From NCBI GenBank assembly GCA_027923505.1, contig BROI01000007.1:1054001-1118000 (forward strand): DNA of 64,000 nucleotides, in the 5' to 3' direction. A program made the position numbers and the translations under genes. The stretch's first letter is position 1. Every line of letters starts with the position of its first letter. Source of the DNA: Mayamaea pseudoterrestris (lineage: Eukaryota). Below, piece by piece: positions 10,499 through 23,733 of this stretch. A model generated the notes under the pieces. The model worked only from the letters and a program-made list of their open reading frames with translations, made no database searches and was not told where the DNA came from.

Positions 10499-11079
10499 CT
10501 ATACTGCCAATCCAATGACTCCAGCCGCCATTCTAGGTCCCGGATTTCCCGTCGTCATGCTATTTTCATGTCCGCCGCGCCCCTGATCGTCCTCGCCAAC
10601 ATGCACCACAATGGATCGTCCAATGACGGAATGGGGACCCACCAGCTTGACCAAACGATCAGTAATGTGAACCGTGGCCTTTCCACTTTCGTCCGCTAGC
10701 ACGTTTCCAAGGTCGCCCACCATGCGCTTGTCGTCCTGGGGACCTCCGTGTGTTTGTCCTGATGAAGCAAGAGGAATGAATGAGCGAATCTGTCACATTC
10801 AACTCGTTGTCACGTTCCAAAATACTACATAAACATATTATCATATATACAAATATATTTACCAAACGGATTAAAGACTGGTCCACATCCAACTGGTCCT
10901 TGACTCACGTCGCCAGAAACGCAGACGCAAATCCCATGCTTGCCGGGCGTCAATCCGTTCAGTTCACCACTAATGACGGTTTGATCGCCCGTTTGACTCA
11001 GTTTCAAGTGGCCAATGACGTTATTGTTGTTGCTGCCGGCGTATAACACGCAGACGGCCTTGCAACCGCTCGATGACAT
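10499..11079 (-). CDS. Cu/Zn superoxide dismutase-fold protein with substituted metal ligands
   Basis: Exons 11079-10863 and 10758-10499. Motifs [49 protein letters not shown] and [15 protein letters not shown]. Confidence 0.9.
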
Positions 11080-11100
11080 GGTGAAAATCTAGTGTATTGT

Positions 11101-11124
11101 ATATATATATATATATATATATAT
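11101..11124. repeat. (AT)12 microsatellite just upstream of the SOD-like start
   Basis: Read directly from the sequence. Confidence 0.95.
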
Positions 11125-11253
11125 GAATAGAGAGAATTGGAAGGAGAGATAGAATTGGTTTGAGGAATGAGAGATGCGAGACTCGTCGTCATGGTGGAAC
11201 GAACCGACGGCGTTCAACGAGTCACGCGTAAGTCACGGACGATGACATGGCTT

Positions 11254-11261
11254 TGACGTCA
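11254..11261. promoter_or_regulatory. CRE/bZIP palindrome TGACGTCA in the divergent SOD-like/PEPCK promoter
   Basis: Perfect 8-bp palindrome about 175 bp from both start codons. Confidence 0.45.
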
Positions 11262-11437
11262 CGATTTCAATGCGAACCGCGACAAGCGCATCACGGTTTG
11301 CCTGACACGATTTGCGCGTCGTCGTTTCTCCATTGCCATCATCGACGCGACGGATCCATTGATTGATTTTGCGTTCCGAACGTATAGTCACATTCAATAG
11401 CGACCATCAACATCAACTACTACTATAACACTATACC

Positions 11438-13597
11438 ATGTTAATTACACAGAGCGCCCGCCTCTTTCTTTTGGCCAGTGGCAAGCAGGCTGCCAAAATG
11501 GCGGTTGCTCGGACCGGCTGCGGAGTGGCGCAACTAGCAGCAGCGTCGTCGAGGGTATGTGGAATGACAATGATGAGAGTGTTTTACTGTAGAGAAACGT
11601 TTTGCCTTATCTGCTTTTGTGTCTCACGCGATTTACTCTTTGCTTCGCTCGCTTGCTCGCTCACTCAATCAGACACCACCATCTCTCGGCACGCAGCATC
11701 ACCAAACGAAAACAACTCTCTCCTTCTCCACCGCCCCCGACTTGAGCTACGATACATCGGGCCGCGACGCCTACCAAGTCAGTCGCACCATTACCGGCGC
11801 CGACGCCTGCACCAAGACCAAGCTAGACGCGCTCGGAATAAATGACGTTAAAACGATTTACCACAATTTGTCGTACCAAGAGTTGTTTGACCACGAGGTG
11901 GCCAATAATGAAGGCGTCGTAGCCAAGGCGGAATATGGCGACACGTTTACGGTGGACACTGGCAAGTACACTGGTCGGTCTCCCAAGGATCGCTGGATTG
12001 TACTGAATCCGGGAACGGAAACGGCCGAACACTTGGATTGGAACGACATTAACCAACCCACCAACCCGCAAGTCTTTGACGACTTGTTGCTCAGGGCGGT
12101 GCAGCATTTCAACACGCGCGAATCTGCCTACGTGTTTGACGGATACATTGGCGCCTCGCGCGAGGCCCGCAAGAATGTGCGCTTTGTCCACGAAATGGCC
12201 TGGCAGCAGCACTTTGTCACCAACATGTTTATTCGACCACAAGCATCGAGTGAATTGGACGAGTTTGAACCGGATTTTACAGTCATTAACTGCTGCTCGC
12301 AAGTGGATGAGGATTGGAAGAAGCATGGATTAAACTCGGAAACGGCAGTGGTGATTAACGTGGAGAAAAAGGTGGCTGTGATATTTGGAACGTGGTGCGT
12401 AATAAAAGAAAGGGCTAGAATGTGCGAGCAATATTCATTTTGTGCAACGTCTGACACTAACGAGCTATCACATCTACTTTGCAGGTACGGAGGAGAAAAC
12501 AAAAAGGGTTTATTTTCCTTGATGAATTACTGGCTCGCCATGGATGGTCACCTTCCAATGCATTGCTCAGCCAATGTTGGCAAGAAGGATGATGTCTGCC
12601 TCTTTTTCGGCTTGTCGGGAACTGGAAAAACGACTCTTTCAGCCGATCCACACCGCGCCTTGATTGGAGACGACGAACATGGCTGGGACGATAACGGTGT
12701 GTTCAATTTTGAGGGTGGATGCTACGCCAAGACGATTAATTTGACGGAAAAGACGGAGCCGGACATTTATCGCGCGATTCACACGGACGCCTTGCTTGAA
12801 AATGTCAAGATTAAGGAGGATGGAACTCCAGATTACTTTGATACGAGCAAGACGGAGAATGGCCGCGTTTCGTATCCCATCTTTCACATTCCTGGATATG
12901 TACGTTTGCGTTATGCGATTTGGTTATTTGACACGGAGTTAATTTCGTTTCCAGCTCGCGACGTAACTCACGTTTATTTTTTGTTCAATACTACCTACAG
13001 CACAAGCCGCAAATGGCTGGACACCCGAACAATATCATATTCTTGTCTTGTGACGCCTTTGGAGTCTTGCCTCCAGTGGCTCGCTTGTCAACGGGCCAGG
13101 CCATGTACCACTTTTTGTCTGGATACACGGCCAAGGTTGCCGGAACGGAGCGAGGTATTAAGGAGCCATCGGCTACTTTTTCAACCTGTTTTGGAGCAGC
13201 CTTCATGACGCTGCATCCGACGCGGTACGCTGACTTGCTGCAGCACAAGCTTGACAAGTACGGATCGCACGCATTCTTGGTCAATTCCGGATGGTCGGGT
13301 GGAGCCTATGGTGTCGGTGAGCGCATGAGCATCAAGACGACGCGCGCCTGCATTGACGCGATTTTGAATGGCGAGATTCACAATGCGCCAATGCGCAAGG
13401 ATGAAATCTTTGGCTTTGACGTTCCGTTGGAGTTGCCGAACATGGACTCGAAGCTATTGGACCCCAAGACAACGTGGCCGGATCATGACGCCTTTGATGC
13501 GCAAGCAAAAAAGCTGGCGGAAATGTACACCAAGAACTTTAAAAAGTACGAAGGCAAAGGATCGATGGACTACACGCAATATGGACCAAAGGTTTAA
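11438..13597 (+). CDS. PCK1: Phosphoenolpyruvate carboxykinase (ATP), probably mitochondrial
   Basis: Motifs [50 protein letters not shown] and SGYTAK. Three introns (~11555-11672, ~12393-12485, ~12900-13000). N-terminal transit-like peptide. Confidence 0.97.
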
Positions 13598-14216
13598 CTT
13601 TGCTTGGAGCAAGCATTGCCGATACCGGTACAAATAAATTAGCTTAGAGAGTCTGGTCTACCGTTGAACAATTTTTGTTAACGTGTATGCTATTAGATGG
13701 TATGCCTTACGTAGACTCACTGCTTGGTTTGGATTGCAGTGATCCCAGAATGTTAGCTAGCATGGTTGAAGTATCGATTCGCCGCGACCTCCGTTTCCGG
13801 TTCCCGCAAGAGTCTGATTCGTCGCAACGGACATTCGAATATTCGCACCATACATATGCCCACGAATGACTTCGCATGGTCACGTTCAACGGAAAGGTTA
13901 GCCAATCGCATTGGACGTGACGAAAAGCGCGCGCACGCAAGAGTGACGAGGTGGATTTGGTGCTGCTTGCTCCCTTGGAGGAGGCGAGGAGCGTGACGAC
14001 GTGAACGAATGAAGGTGATACTGCTGCTCTCGTCAATCTACTGTAGAGTACCAAGAAAACTGACTAGTAGCGTAGATTACGGGAGAGAGACTATTGGCAA
14101 ACTTGAAGCTAGCACGAGACTTGGCGGAGAGGAGATTGACAACGACGAGGTGGCTGTAAGGTTTTTCGATTCTTTGGCAGCTTCGAGCACCTTTCCCTTG
14201 GTTAGAAATCGCTGCC

Positions 14217-17200
14217 ATGGAGACGACAACTTTGAGCGGTATTGAGAGCTACGACTACGGTAAATGGAGTGGACTAGATTCGGATCGAGCGGCCGCGCAG
14301 CAGCATGACTTTTATGCGATGCCACAGTCGGCAGCAGGAAGAATGAGCGGCTCTCGCCACACCCAATGGCCTCAGGAAGCGATTGAGAATTCTGCAATAG
14401 CAAAGTATGCGTCTGCTGGATCTGATTGGGTCTCGAGTAACGATCCAATGCTCGAGTCTGATCAAGTTTTGTTCAATCAGCCATTCTACAGCGGTTCGGA
14501 ATGGGACCAAACGGCTTCTGTGAAACGCAATTCTGTGCGAGCAGAGCAAGACCCTGCATCAAGCATTTGGGCCTCTCCTAACCAGTCAGGCGACGATGCG
14601 GATGCCTTGATTACCAACTGGAACCAGCAATGTTGCTTGACAGAGTCGCCTCAGCAGCATGGTGGTAGCATGGCTCACGACCTCAGCCAGAGTCGCAGCA
14701 GCAGTACAGAGTCGTCCACAATCCCCTTCCAGGACCCATTCAACGGCTCATCTCCTCCAAGCAACGATACGGCAACTAACATGAACTACTCGGGAGCTTA
14801 CTACGCCAAGCCTTCCCTTGATCCAATGGCGAGTGCGTATACACATGGCTCTACTGTTGCAACAAACAATTTTGCATACTTTCGTCCAACGTCAACAACG
14901 CCCACTAGCAGCGTGCCTGGCTTGTACGGAGCAAGCTCGGGATCAACAAATACGAATAGTACCAATACTTTGTCATGGCAGCAGCCGCCGTTTGTTCCAA
15001 AAGGCTTGGCAAACCTTTCGACGCCCGCCTTTTCGCGCAGTCGTTCGGCTCCAGTCAATTTTGACGAGCACACGCCCACTGCACCTTACAGTAGCAACAG
15101 GCGCTTCAGCCTCTTGGAAGGTACCTTTTCGACACAGCCCGAGGGCAGTCCGTCATTTGATCAGTCAGTGCAGCAGCAGTCAAAAAATGCAACGCTTGAC
15201 CAAGGTTCCATGCACGAGCACAGTGAACGGCACAATGCAAGCCCTCGGCGCCGAGGCTCACGAGGCTCTGGCCGCGGCAACAAGCAGCAGCAGCGCCAAC
15301 AGCAGCCGCATCGATACAGCTTGGGCGGAGGCAGCCACAAGTTTCGAACGAGTCCTCCGCTGGGCGAGCATAATAATACGCGACGAGCCTCGCTTGGATC
15401 GTATCCGTCGCTGACGCCGATTCATGATGATGGGTCTGACCAATTGGGCTCGTCGGAAACGATTCGGCAACTGTTAAAGCCTGGCACCACTGACAGCTCG
15501 TTTGGCACTCTCGACACGTCGAATCGCGGCGCCAGCCGAAATAGTTTCACGACAACGTCGGCGCACACGAGCAGTAGTCCAAGCGGCGCTGATTCATATC
15601 CGATATTGCCGCTGCAGCCTCCTCCCATGGATGATTTGAGCTCTTACCTTTATGATGATATCACGAATAGTTATTCGGAAGAAGACGAGGCACTGTTTCT
15701 CATTCGCGACTTGGATATTTCGGAGTTTGACCCCGAGGGCGATGACTCGTTCGAAAATAGCAACCAGCATGGCGAACCTGGTACGAACAAGAACCGAGAA
15801 TGGTTGCAACGAATGAATCGCAAGCTACAGGAAACGCCAGTAGGAGAATTGGATCCAACTATTTTGCCTCTGTCGGCCATTATGAATGTATGGGCCAAGA
15901 CAAAAAGTGCTCAAGGCGCAAGCATGGTGGAAATGTGGTTGAAGCGTGTTTTGAAGGAGCATGAAGCTGGCAACCAACGGGTGGTACCGACACCCAAAAT
16001 GTTCACCATGGCCATTGACGCTTGGGCTCGTAGCGGCGAAGGTGGTGCGGCTGCACAGCGGGCTGAAGCCTTGCTGCAGCAGTGCCATGAACTTTACCAG
16101 TCGGGCCAGCATGATTCGCTTCGCCCATCGACTGGTATGTTTAATGCTGTGATTAACTCGTGGGCGCGAAGCAGAGAAAAGCTTGCGCCGATGCGCGCTT
16201 TGCAAATTCTTGATTGGATGCAGAACTTAAAAGACCTGGACGTGCAACCAGACAAGTACGTGATTTACGCGTGATTAAAAGTGTTTGCCTCGTTGTCAAA
16301 TCTAACATTACTTTGTCGCAGGTACACGTTCAACACGGTGATTCATGCATTTGCAAAGGCAGGTAGCGCAGAGGGAGCTTGCCAAGCTCAAGAGCTCTTG
16401 GAGAGGATGCATAAGCTCCATCGGGAAGGAAATCCTCTTACAAAACCAGACACTATCAGTACGTTCCCTAAAGATCATCGATGACATAGATTTATAAATG
16501 CAGAAGCTCACACTGCACGTGCTTTGCTTCCGCCAGCCTATAATGTGGTAATCAATGCCTGTGCAAAAACAGGTCGGAAGGGATCTGCAGACCAGGCCCT
16601 GAAGCTGTTGGAAAAAATGCACAAGCTGTATGCCATGGGAGATCCGGATGTGAACCCCAATGTTGTGACATACGGCGCGGTGGTTGATTCTTTTGCCAAA
16701 AGCGGAGAGCCTGATGCCGCCAGTAAAGCTGATCAGCTGCTGGCCAGAATGATCCACATCTATCAGTCGGATCCTAATAAGAATGCTGGTCTCATGCCAA
16801 ACACGTACGTTGGAACAAGTGTTTGCTGGAATTTGGGACGCGCTCCCAGTAGTCTGTTTTATTCTAACTTATCTACTTTTGTGCACACAGGTACATTTTT
16901 AATACTGTCATCAATTGCTGGGCGAAAAGCAAAGACAAGAATGCAGCGACCAAGGCTGAGGAAATGCTTGTTGCCATGAGCCAGTTGCATGCGTCGGGAA
17001 TGCCGAGTTTAAAGCCGGATGCTTTCACCTACACGGCTGTTATCGATGCGTATGCAAAGAGCGGACTACGTGGCGCTGCCTCAAGGGCCAGTCAGTTGCT
17101 GGATCGTATGGAAGCCAAATATCAAGCTGGCGATGTGGATTTGAAGCCTAACACGTAAGTCTGTTCGTCGTTCCTAGCTTTGCTATCAAACATCAATTAA

Positions 17201-18653
17201 CTCCGTCATCGTCTCGCATGCAGATTTACATACAATGCAGTTATCAACGCATTGGCCAAGTCTGGCGAAGCAGGAGCAGCGTCGATGGCTGAGCGGGTTC
17301 TCCAATTGATGGTGAATCGGCATCGCAACGGCGGTGGTGGCGAAGTCAAGCCTAGCACGATCAATTTTAATACTGTCCTAGATGTACGTTTCTCTAAAGG
17401 AATGCTGTTAATTGGTTCTTGACGCCATTAACACTCGTTTGTCTCAATACTATACAGGCTTGGGCCAAGAGTGGGGGTGGCCGTGCTGCAGCCGAGCGAG
17501 CCGAAGAAATATTGGAATGGATGGACCGCCTTCATAAAGAAGGGCACCCAGAAGTCAAACCCGATACTATAACGGTGAGTCGTATGACGAGTTTTTTTGC
17601 GTATCTACCTTGCGGTGCTGCTTTCTCACGCTCTTGTTTGCTTTTCCTTCAGTTTAATGCTGTGCTCGATGCGTGGGCACGTTCAGGAGATCGTATGGCT
17701 TCCCGACGTGCTGAGCAGATTCTGGACCATATGGACGAACTTTACCGAGCCGGCAACACGGGAGTAAAACCCGACACGGTAAGTTCGTTTGCGTACTTTT
17801 CAGCCCTACAAACCGATATTTAATTAATCCATTGTTGTCTCGTGTGCAGTATACGTACAATACGCTGATCAACGCATTGGCGAAATCTGGCACAAACGGA
17901 GCTGCAACTCGCGCTGAGCAAGTGTTGCACATTATGGACCAGAGGTATCGCGACGGCGATCCCGACATCAAGCCCAATACGAGGACGCATACTTCGGTAA
18001 TTGACGCGTATGCCAAGTCAGGTGAAAGTCGAGCGGCACGAAGGGCGATGGAGATATTCACTGGCATGTTATCTCGTTACGATGCGACGAGGGACCCAGA
18101 TATCAAACCAAACGTACACACGGCGAATGCTGTCTGCAATGTAAGTTGTCTGTGAGTTGCTTACTTGAATTCTGTGTTCGTTTTTCTATAATCTCATGGT
18201 GTTTTTCGGCAGGCATGCGCCTTCTCGAAAAAAGAAGAGGACCGAACTGAAGCGTTGCAGATATCCTTTCGCGTCTTTGACTGGCTGTCTCACCAGCCGG
18301 ACATGGAACCGGATTCCTACACGTACACAATCCTCCTGTCTGTTTGCGCCAACTTAATACCAAGAGAAGACAGCATGACTCGTTTTGCTCACGCTAGGGC
18401 CTTTTTTGATAGCTGCCGGGACACCGGATACGTTAACGATTACGTTTTACGAAAACTTCGGCAGACGGTAACTGACGATGAGTATTTGGGCCTTGTCGAG
18501 TACAGGACGGAACCATCGGCATCAAGTATGCCTCAATCCTGGACCCGCAATGTCAAGATTGACAACCGTTCTAAGGCTCGTCGTGGAAGCAACAACCCAA
18601 ATAACGCTGCCCAAGGATCGGATAGTTGGTCAACAAGAAGACGAGGCAAGTAG
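14217..18653 (+). CDS. Pentatricopeptide repeat (PPR) protein with long low-complexity N-terminus, multi-exon
   Basis: Many repeats of the form PD..(T/Y)N.VI.AWAKSG....A..AE.LL..M spread over ~10 exons. About 520 aa of S/Q/P-rich N-terminal sequence. Confidence 0.92.
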
Positions 18654-19022
18654 TCGAGCAGAGATAGAGTCCACAAAAATTTATACACACACACGATGGC
18701 ATGATGTACGATCATGCCAACCTTCACAACTTACAAGAACTTACAAACTCATGAGCAAGAACACTCAAAATTCATATGCTACGACAGCATAATAATCAAG
18801 GCAAAGAAGAATGACGACAATTCGACTTTTTATAAACATATCTGTAGTATACTTGTCATATCAACTGTGTACTCTCATACGAATTGAATTTCAAGATATT
18901 AGCCGATAGCAGCTATCGCGAGAAGACTAGATCGCGCTGTTGACGTATCAGCATACCAGTACATGCACAACTTTTCAAGCAAGTTAAATAAAAGATCTTC
19001 ACTAATTCGTGCTATTAAACCT

Positions 19023-20435
19023 CTACATCACCTTGGTGACAATGCCCGTGCCAACAGTCATGCCTCCTTCTCGCATATTGAAGCGCAGTCCAGCCTCTAA
19101 CGCAACTGGCGTAATGAGCTCACAGTCGACAGTCGTATTGTCGCCAGGCATGACCATCTCCACATCGTCTTTCAACGCCAATGAGCCTGTAATGTCTGCT
19201 GTTCGGAAGAAAAACTGTGGTCTGTAGTTCGAAACGAATGGCGTGTGACGACCGCCTTCCTCCTTTTTCAGGCAATATATCTCGGCCTCAAACTTTGACG
19301 CTTGCTTGACTGATCCAGGCTTACAAAGGACTTGTCCACGACGGATATCGTCTCGCTTCAAACCGCGCAGCAAGGCACCAATATTGTCACCAGCCTGACC
19401 CTGATCCAGCAACTTTTTGAACATCTCAACACCAGTGCAAGTCGTTTTGGCGTCTTGTCCTAATCCCAAAACCTCCAAGTCATCACCGACCTTGACTAAA
19501 CCTTGCTCAATACGTCCAGTAACGACAGTTCCTCGTCCTGCAATACTAAACGTATCTTCAATTGGCATCAAGAATGGCTTGTCCAACACACGCTGAGGTT
19601 CGGGAATATGATCGTCGACAGCCTGCATGAGCTCCAAAATGCGTTCCGATCCAATCTCCGGATTTCTACCTTCCGCCGCCGCCAAGGCCGACCCGCGAAT
19701 GATTGGAATGGCATCGCCATCAAAGTTGTAAAAGTCCAGCAGCTCGCGCACCTCCATTTCTACAAGCTCCAATAGTTCCTCATCCTCCACTAGATCAACC
19801 TTGTTGAGAAAGACGACCAAGTTTGGAATTCCAACCTGCTTGGCCAAGAGAATGTGTTCACGGGTCTGCGGCATGGGTCCGTCCGTGGCAGCAACGACGA
19901 GAATACCTCCGTCCATTTGAGCAGCGCCAGTAATCATATTCTTGACGTAATCCGCGTGACCGGGGCTGAATTCAGTGTGATAGTGTACGTGTGAGTAGAT
20001 CGGTAAAAAAGCCGCAAATTATGAGCAGCGTCAAGTCCGCGTGAATAGCGAAACAAGCCATAATAATCATCAAAAAGCATAAAATACTCACCAATCAATA
20101 TGTCCATAATGTCGATTCTCCGTTTCATATTCAATGTGCGACGTATTGATGGTAATCTTGCGCGCCTTTTCCTCTGGACTCTTGTCAATCTCCTCGTAGC
20201 TCATGGATCGGCAGCTGCCATTCTCCGAAAGGACGCGGGTAATGGCTTGCGTCAAGGTCGTCTTGCCGTGATCAACATGCCCGATGGTACCGATGTTTAC
20301 GTGCTTCTTGTCGCGCACGAATGTATCTGTCGCGAGTGATCGAATGGCATTGCTCAAACGAAGGTGCTGCTGCAGTTGTAACGGCGACGCTTTCGCCAGG
20401 CGTTGCGCCGATCGCAACAGAAGAGTAGTCGACAT
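19023..20435 (-). CDS. TUFM: Mitochondrial elongation factor Tu
   Basis: Motifs [23 protein letters not shown] and GGRHTPF. N-terminal presequence. One intron, ~19967-20091. Confidence 0.97.
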
Positions 20436-20572
20436 GTTTTCCGTTATCACGAGAGCTGTCTAGAGTAACTGGAATGTGTTTGACTATTATTGTTTAGAAC
20501 CTTTGCAGAACTTGGGAAGAATGGCCGTAGTTCTGTTGGTGTGACTTGTTTTCGTGGTCGAGAGCATTAAAA

Positions 20573-20586
20573 TGATGACGTCATCA
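20573..20586. promoter_or_regulatory. 14-bp palindrome TGATGACGTCATCA (extended CRE) in the divergent EF-Tu/RPL7A promoter
   Basis: Perfect palindrome roughly midway between the two ATGs. Confidence 0.5.
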
Positions 20587-20716
20587 GAGAACCGATGTGA
20601 CGCAATTTTGACTTGAGGATGAGGATACTTCTTACCGCCTTACTAAACTGCCGTGACCGCAAGCGCGTTGCAACTCGCACAATCGTTCCATCAAAGAATC
20701 GACAGTCAATTTGACC

Positions 20717-21592
20717 ATGGTAAGCATCGATTGAGATATTATACAAACGCATCCGAGGCATACGCAATAGTATATTACCCAATTACTTACTTTCATTTTA
20801 CGTTTCTAGGCACCCAAAAAAGGATCAAAGTCCAAGAAGGACGAAGGCAAGCCTTCCAGTAAAAAGGCAGCCGACCCTCTCTTTCCCTCCCGGCCTCGCA
20901 CCTTTCAGATTGGCGGAGACATTCGCCCGGCTGGTCGCGATCTATCTCGCTTCGTCAAGTGGCCCCGCTATGTTCGCATTCAGCGTCAGCGCTCCGTCTT
21001 GTACCAGCGCCTCAAGGTGCCGCCTGCCATTCACCAGTTCACCAAGCCCATTGGAAAGAATGAAGCCATGACTGTCTTTACGCTACTGAATAAGTACAGA
21101 CCAGACACCAAGGCGGCCAAGAAGCAAAAGATTAAGGAAGCGGCGGCTGCTGGTGGAGCTGCTGTTGCCAAGACTGCCTTTCAAGTCAAGTTCGGACTCA
21201 AGCACATTACCACCTTGGTGGAGGAGAAGAAGGCGCAGCTTGTACTCATTGCCAATGATGTTGACCCGATTGAACTTGTACTTTGGTTGCCAGCACTCTG
21301 CCGCAAAATGCAGGTTCCATTCATGATTGTCAAGGACAAGGCTCGCTTGGGAGCATTGGTGCACCAAAAGAAGGCTGCTTGCGTTTGCTTGACGGGTGTG
21401 GAAAAGGCTGACGAGGCCCAGCTCAACTTGCTCAGGAACCTTGCGCTCGAGTCGTTCAACAACAACGCCGAGCTTGTCCGCAAGTGGGGTGGAGGCAAAA
21501 TGGGTCTCAAGACGCAGGCCAAGTTGGACAAGCGTGCCAAGGCTGTCGCCGTGGAGGAAGCCAAGAAGGTTGCCTCCTTGAACCGGGCCTAA
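20717..21592 (+). CDS. RPL7A: 60S ribosomal protein L7a (eL8)
   Basis: ATG-only first coding exon (20717-20719), intron 20720-20809, then APKKG...RFVKWPRYVRIQRQ...DVDPIELVLWLPALC...WGGGKMG. Confidence 0.97.
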
Positions 21593-22261
21593 GCTCATGT
21601 CGTTGTAGCGTAACATATCGAGGTTGACGACGTCGACTCGAATAACTAATTGAAAATGAAACCAAGTTGCAACTGTTGACGCACTCACGTGCCGAGGTTC
21701 TACTTTTTGTGTGTCTACTTTTTCTCGTTAAATGTGGCCATGACTCTGGCTGGTGCTGGAGCAGGACTTCAGTTCCTGTCGAGGACTAACGTCCTAGTTG
21801 TTCGATTCAACCTTGGCCACGTTACATTACAAACGTAGCATTGCGGCTTTTAATTGTAGTTTGTAGCTCTTCCAAAGTTGCTGACCTTGACTTAAGTCTC
21901 GTCACATCTACATCCTGGTATACATAGTACAGTGCCAGGACTGTGAGTCCTTCCTATGACAATCCGTCCGCCTTGGTTTGTCTGTGCGTTGCATCCTTTG
22001 CAGTGAGTATGTGCTAACAGTAAGTAAACTTATGTTTGCGTCGACGCACCATTTGCCCGTGCGTGAGACTTAATGAAATTGCAACACAACAAGTCGCATC
22101 AAAGCTTCTATAATATAGTAAGCGATTTATACAGACATTTCAAAAAATATACAGCTACGTTATAAAAAATTTTCAGTTGCTCTGGTGTATAAGCGTTGTG
22201 CGTTGTTGCTTTGGCGGGTATGGGTGACGCGGCGATTGCGACAAACGACAGTCGACTTCCG

Positions 22262-22807
22262 CTACAGCAAATCAAAGTCATCGAGCTTGTCATTGTATTT
22301 TTGAACCGTCCTTCGAATCTTGGACGAATCAACCCACGTGACATAATCTTCCAGTGCTTTCGACACCAAGAAACTGGGATCTGTCACAACGTGAGGACCA
22401 ACTCGCACCTGTCCCTGCTCTATGAACGTGACGGCCGTCCGCAGCGTTTCCGCCATTTTCAGTCGCACCATAATGACGGGAAGTCGGCGCCGACAAATGG
22501 CGGATGCGGAAACGTCCTCGGCCTTTTTCAACGACGAGTCTGTCGTAATGACGCCCATGTTGGAAAGTTTGGTGAGCAATTGTTCCGTCATGGCGATGCG
22601 GAAGGAATCGTCCGCCGGAAGAGTCTTGATTTTAGCTGCCAACTGTGTAATCATTCCACATATTCGCTGGTAGCTAGTGTAGTCTTCCCGCTTTTGAATG
22701 TGGTAGCGTCGCATGATTTTAGCGATGCGAAGATTGTCTTCATTCTTCCAGGAATAAAGATCGACCTTGCGGAGGAGTTTCTTCTCGTGATGCTTCAATT
22801 GACGCAT
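22262..22807 (-). CDS. IMP3: U3 snoRNP protein IMP3 (S4 domain)
   Basis: MRQLKHHEKKLLRKVD...CRRRLPV...EQGQVRVGP...DDFDLL. Confidence 0.96.
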   Translation of the reverse strand: MRQLKHHEKKLLRKVDLYSWKNEDNLRIAKIMRRYHIQKREDYTSYQRICGMITQLAAKIKTLPADDSFRIAMTEQLLTKLSNMGVITTDSSLKKAEDVSASAICRRRLPVIMVRLKMAETLRTAVTFIEQGQVRVGPHVVTDPSFLVSKALEDYVTWVDSSKIRRTVQKYNDKLDDFDLL

Positions 22808-23733
22808 AATGTAGAGTCAATTGGCTTTATATTATGATAATCAATGTTGCGATGCTGTAGTAAAAGATAAATCGAAGGCAAGGAGCTGTCGATTGTCAAG
22901 AACAAGTTGCTTGCGGCTGCCCCCATGCAAGGTCTGATGGTGCACAACGCATGAACGCGCGAGTCCCGTCTGCGCGCGAGTCGTTACCGCTTACCGGCGC
23001 TACTAGACCGCGTCACCAGTTGTCTTGCTCGATTTTGATTGGTTGGAATGCGGTCATTCCGATTAAGCCTGACATTCACGCAAGTTACACACGTTGATTG
23101 GGTGCAGGCCTTCTGACGAGAAACTTCCGCGTCTCCAGCACATTTTGACAGCGCTCTCAAGCTTACTTTTCGCATTTCCTTCAACGAGGTAGGTTCTGAT
23201 CCTTGTATGTATCATCGACTTGCGCAGAGACTGAAAAGCAAAGAAAGGTGGACTAAGGAATGTACTAGAAGACAACAAAGAAAACGCAGCTCCTGGGCAA
23301 TATCTTAATCGGCAATACCAATGATACAAATTTCCTGCAAAAGCACGAGAAACACGCTGCACGTTTGGCTCTTGCGGAGCTGCGGACGACTTCAGACCTT
23401 TTTTCGCCGAGTATATCTTGAGCTCTCTCAAAATTGTACATTGAAAGGGAAATGGCGCTCTATTTGCGGCAGTCTTGCACTGTTGTAGATTCAAAAATGG
23501 ACCGATTTGGAATCCTTTCTTCGAATCTTGTCTTTGGTGGCATTGTCCGATACTGCCTTGCATTGTTTGTCTGTATACAAGCGTTGTATTTCGTATGAAG
23601 AGTAACGCTTGATGCTTGTTTCCATTTGACGGATGAACAAGTCTTCCAATACATCCGTTCCAATTTTCGGTTCTCACCTCTTTGCATTCGTTCCTGTTTA
23701 CATGCAGACTCTTTTCCTTTCCTCCCCAATACA

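Noticed and set aside
21593..23700. Possible tRNA or snoRNA genes in the longer intergenic stretches
   Set aside because: I could not identify a cloverleaf or convincing C/D or H/ACA box arrangement by eye. An Infernal/tRNAscan run would be needed.
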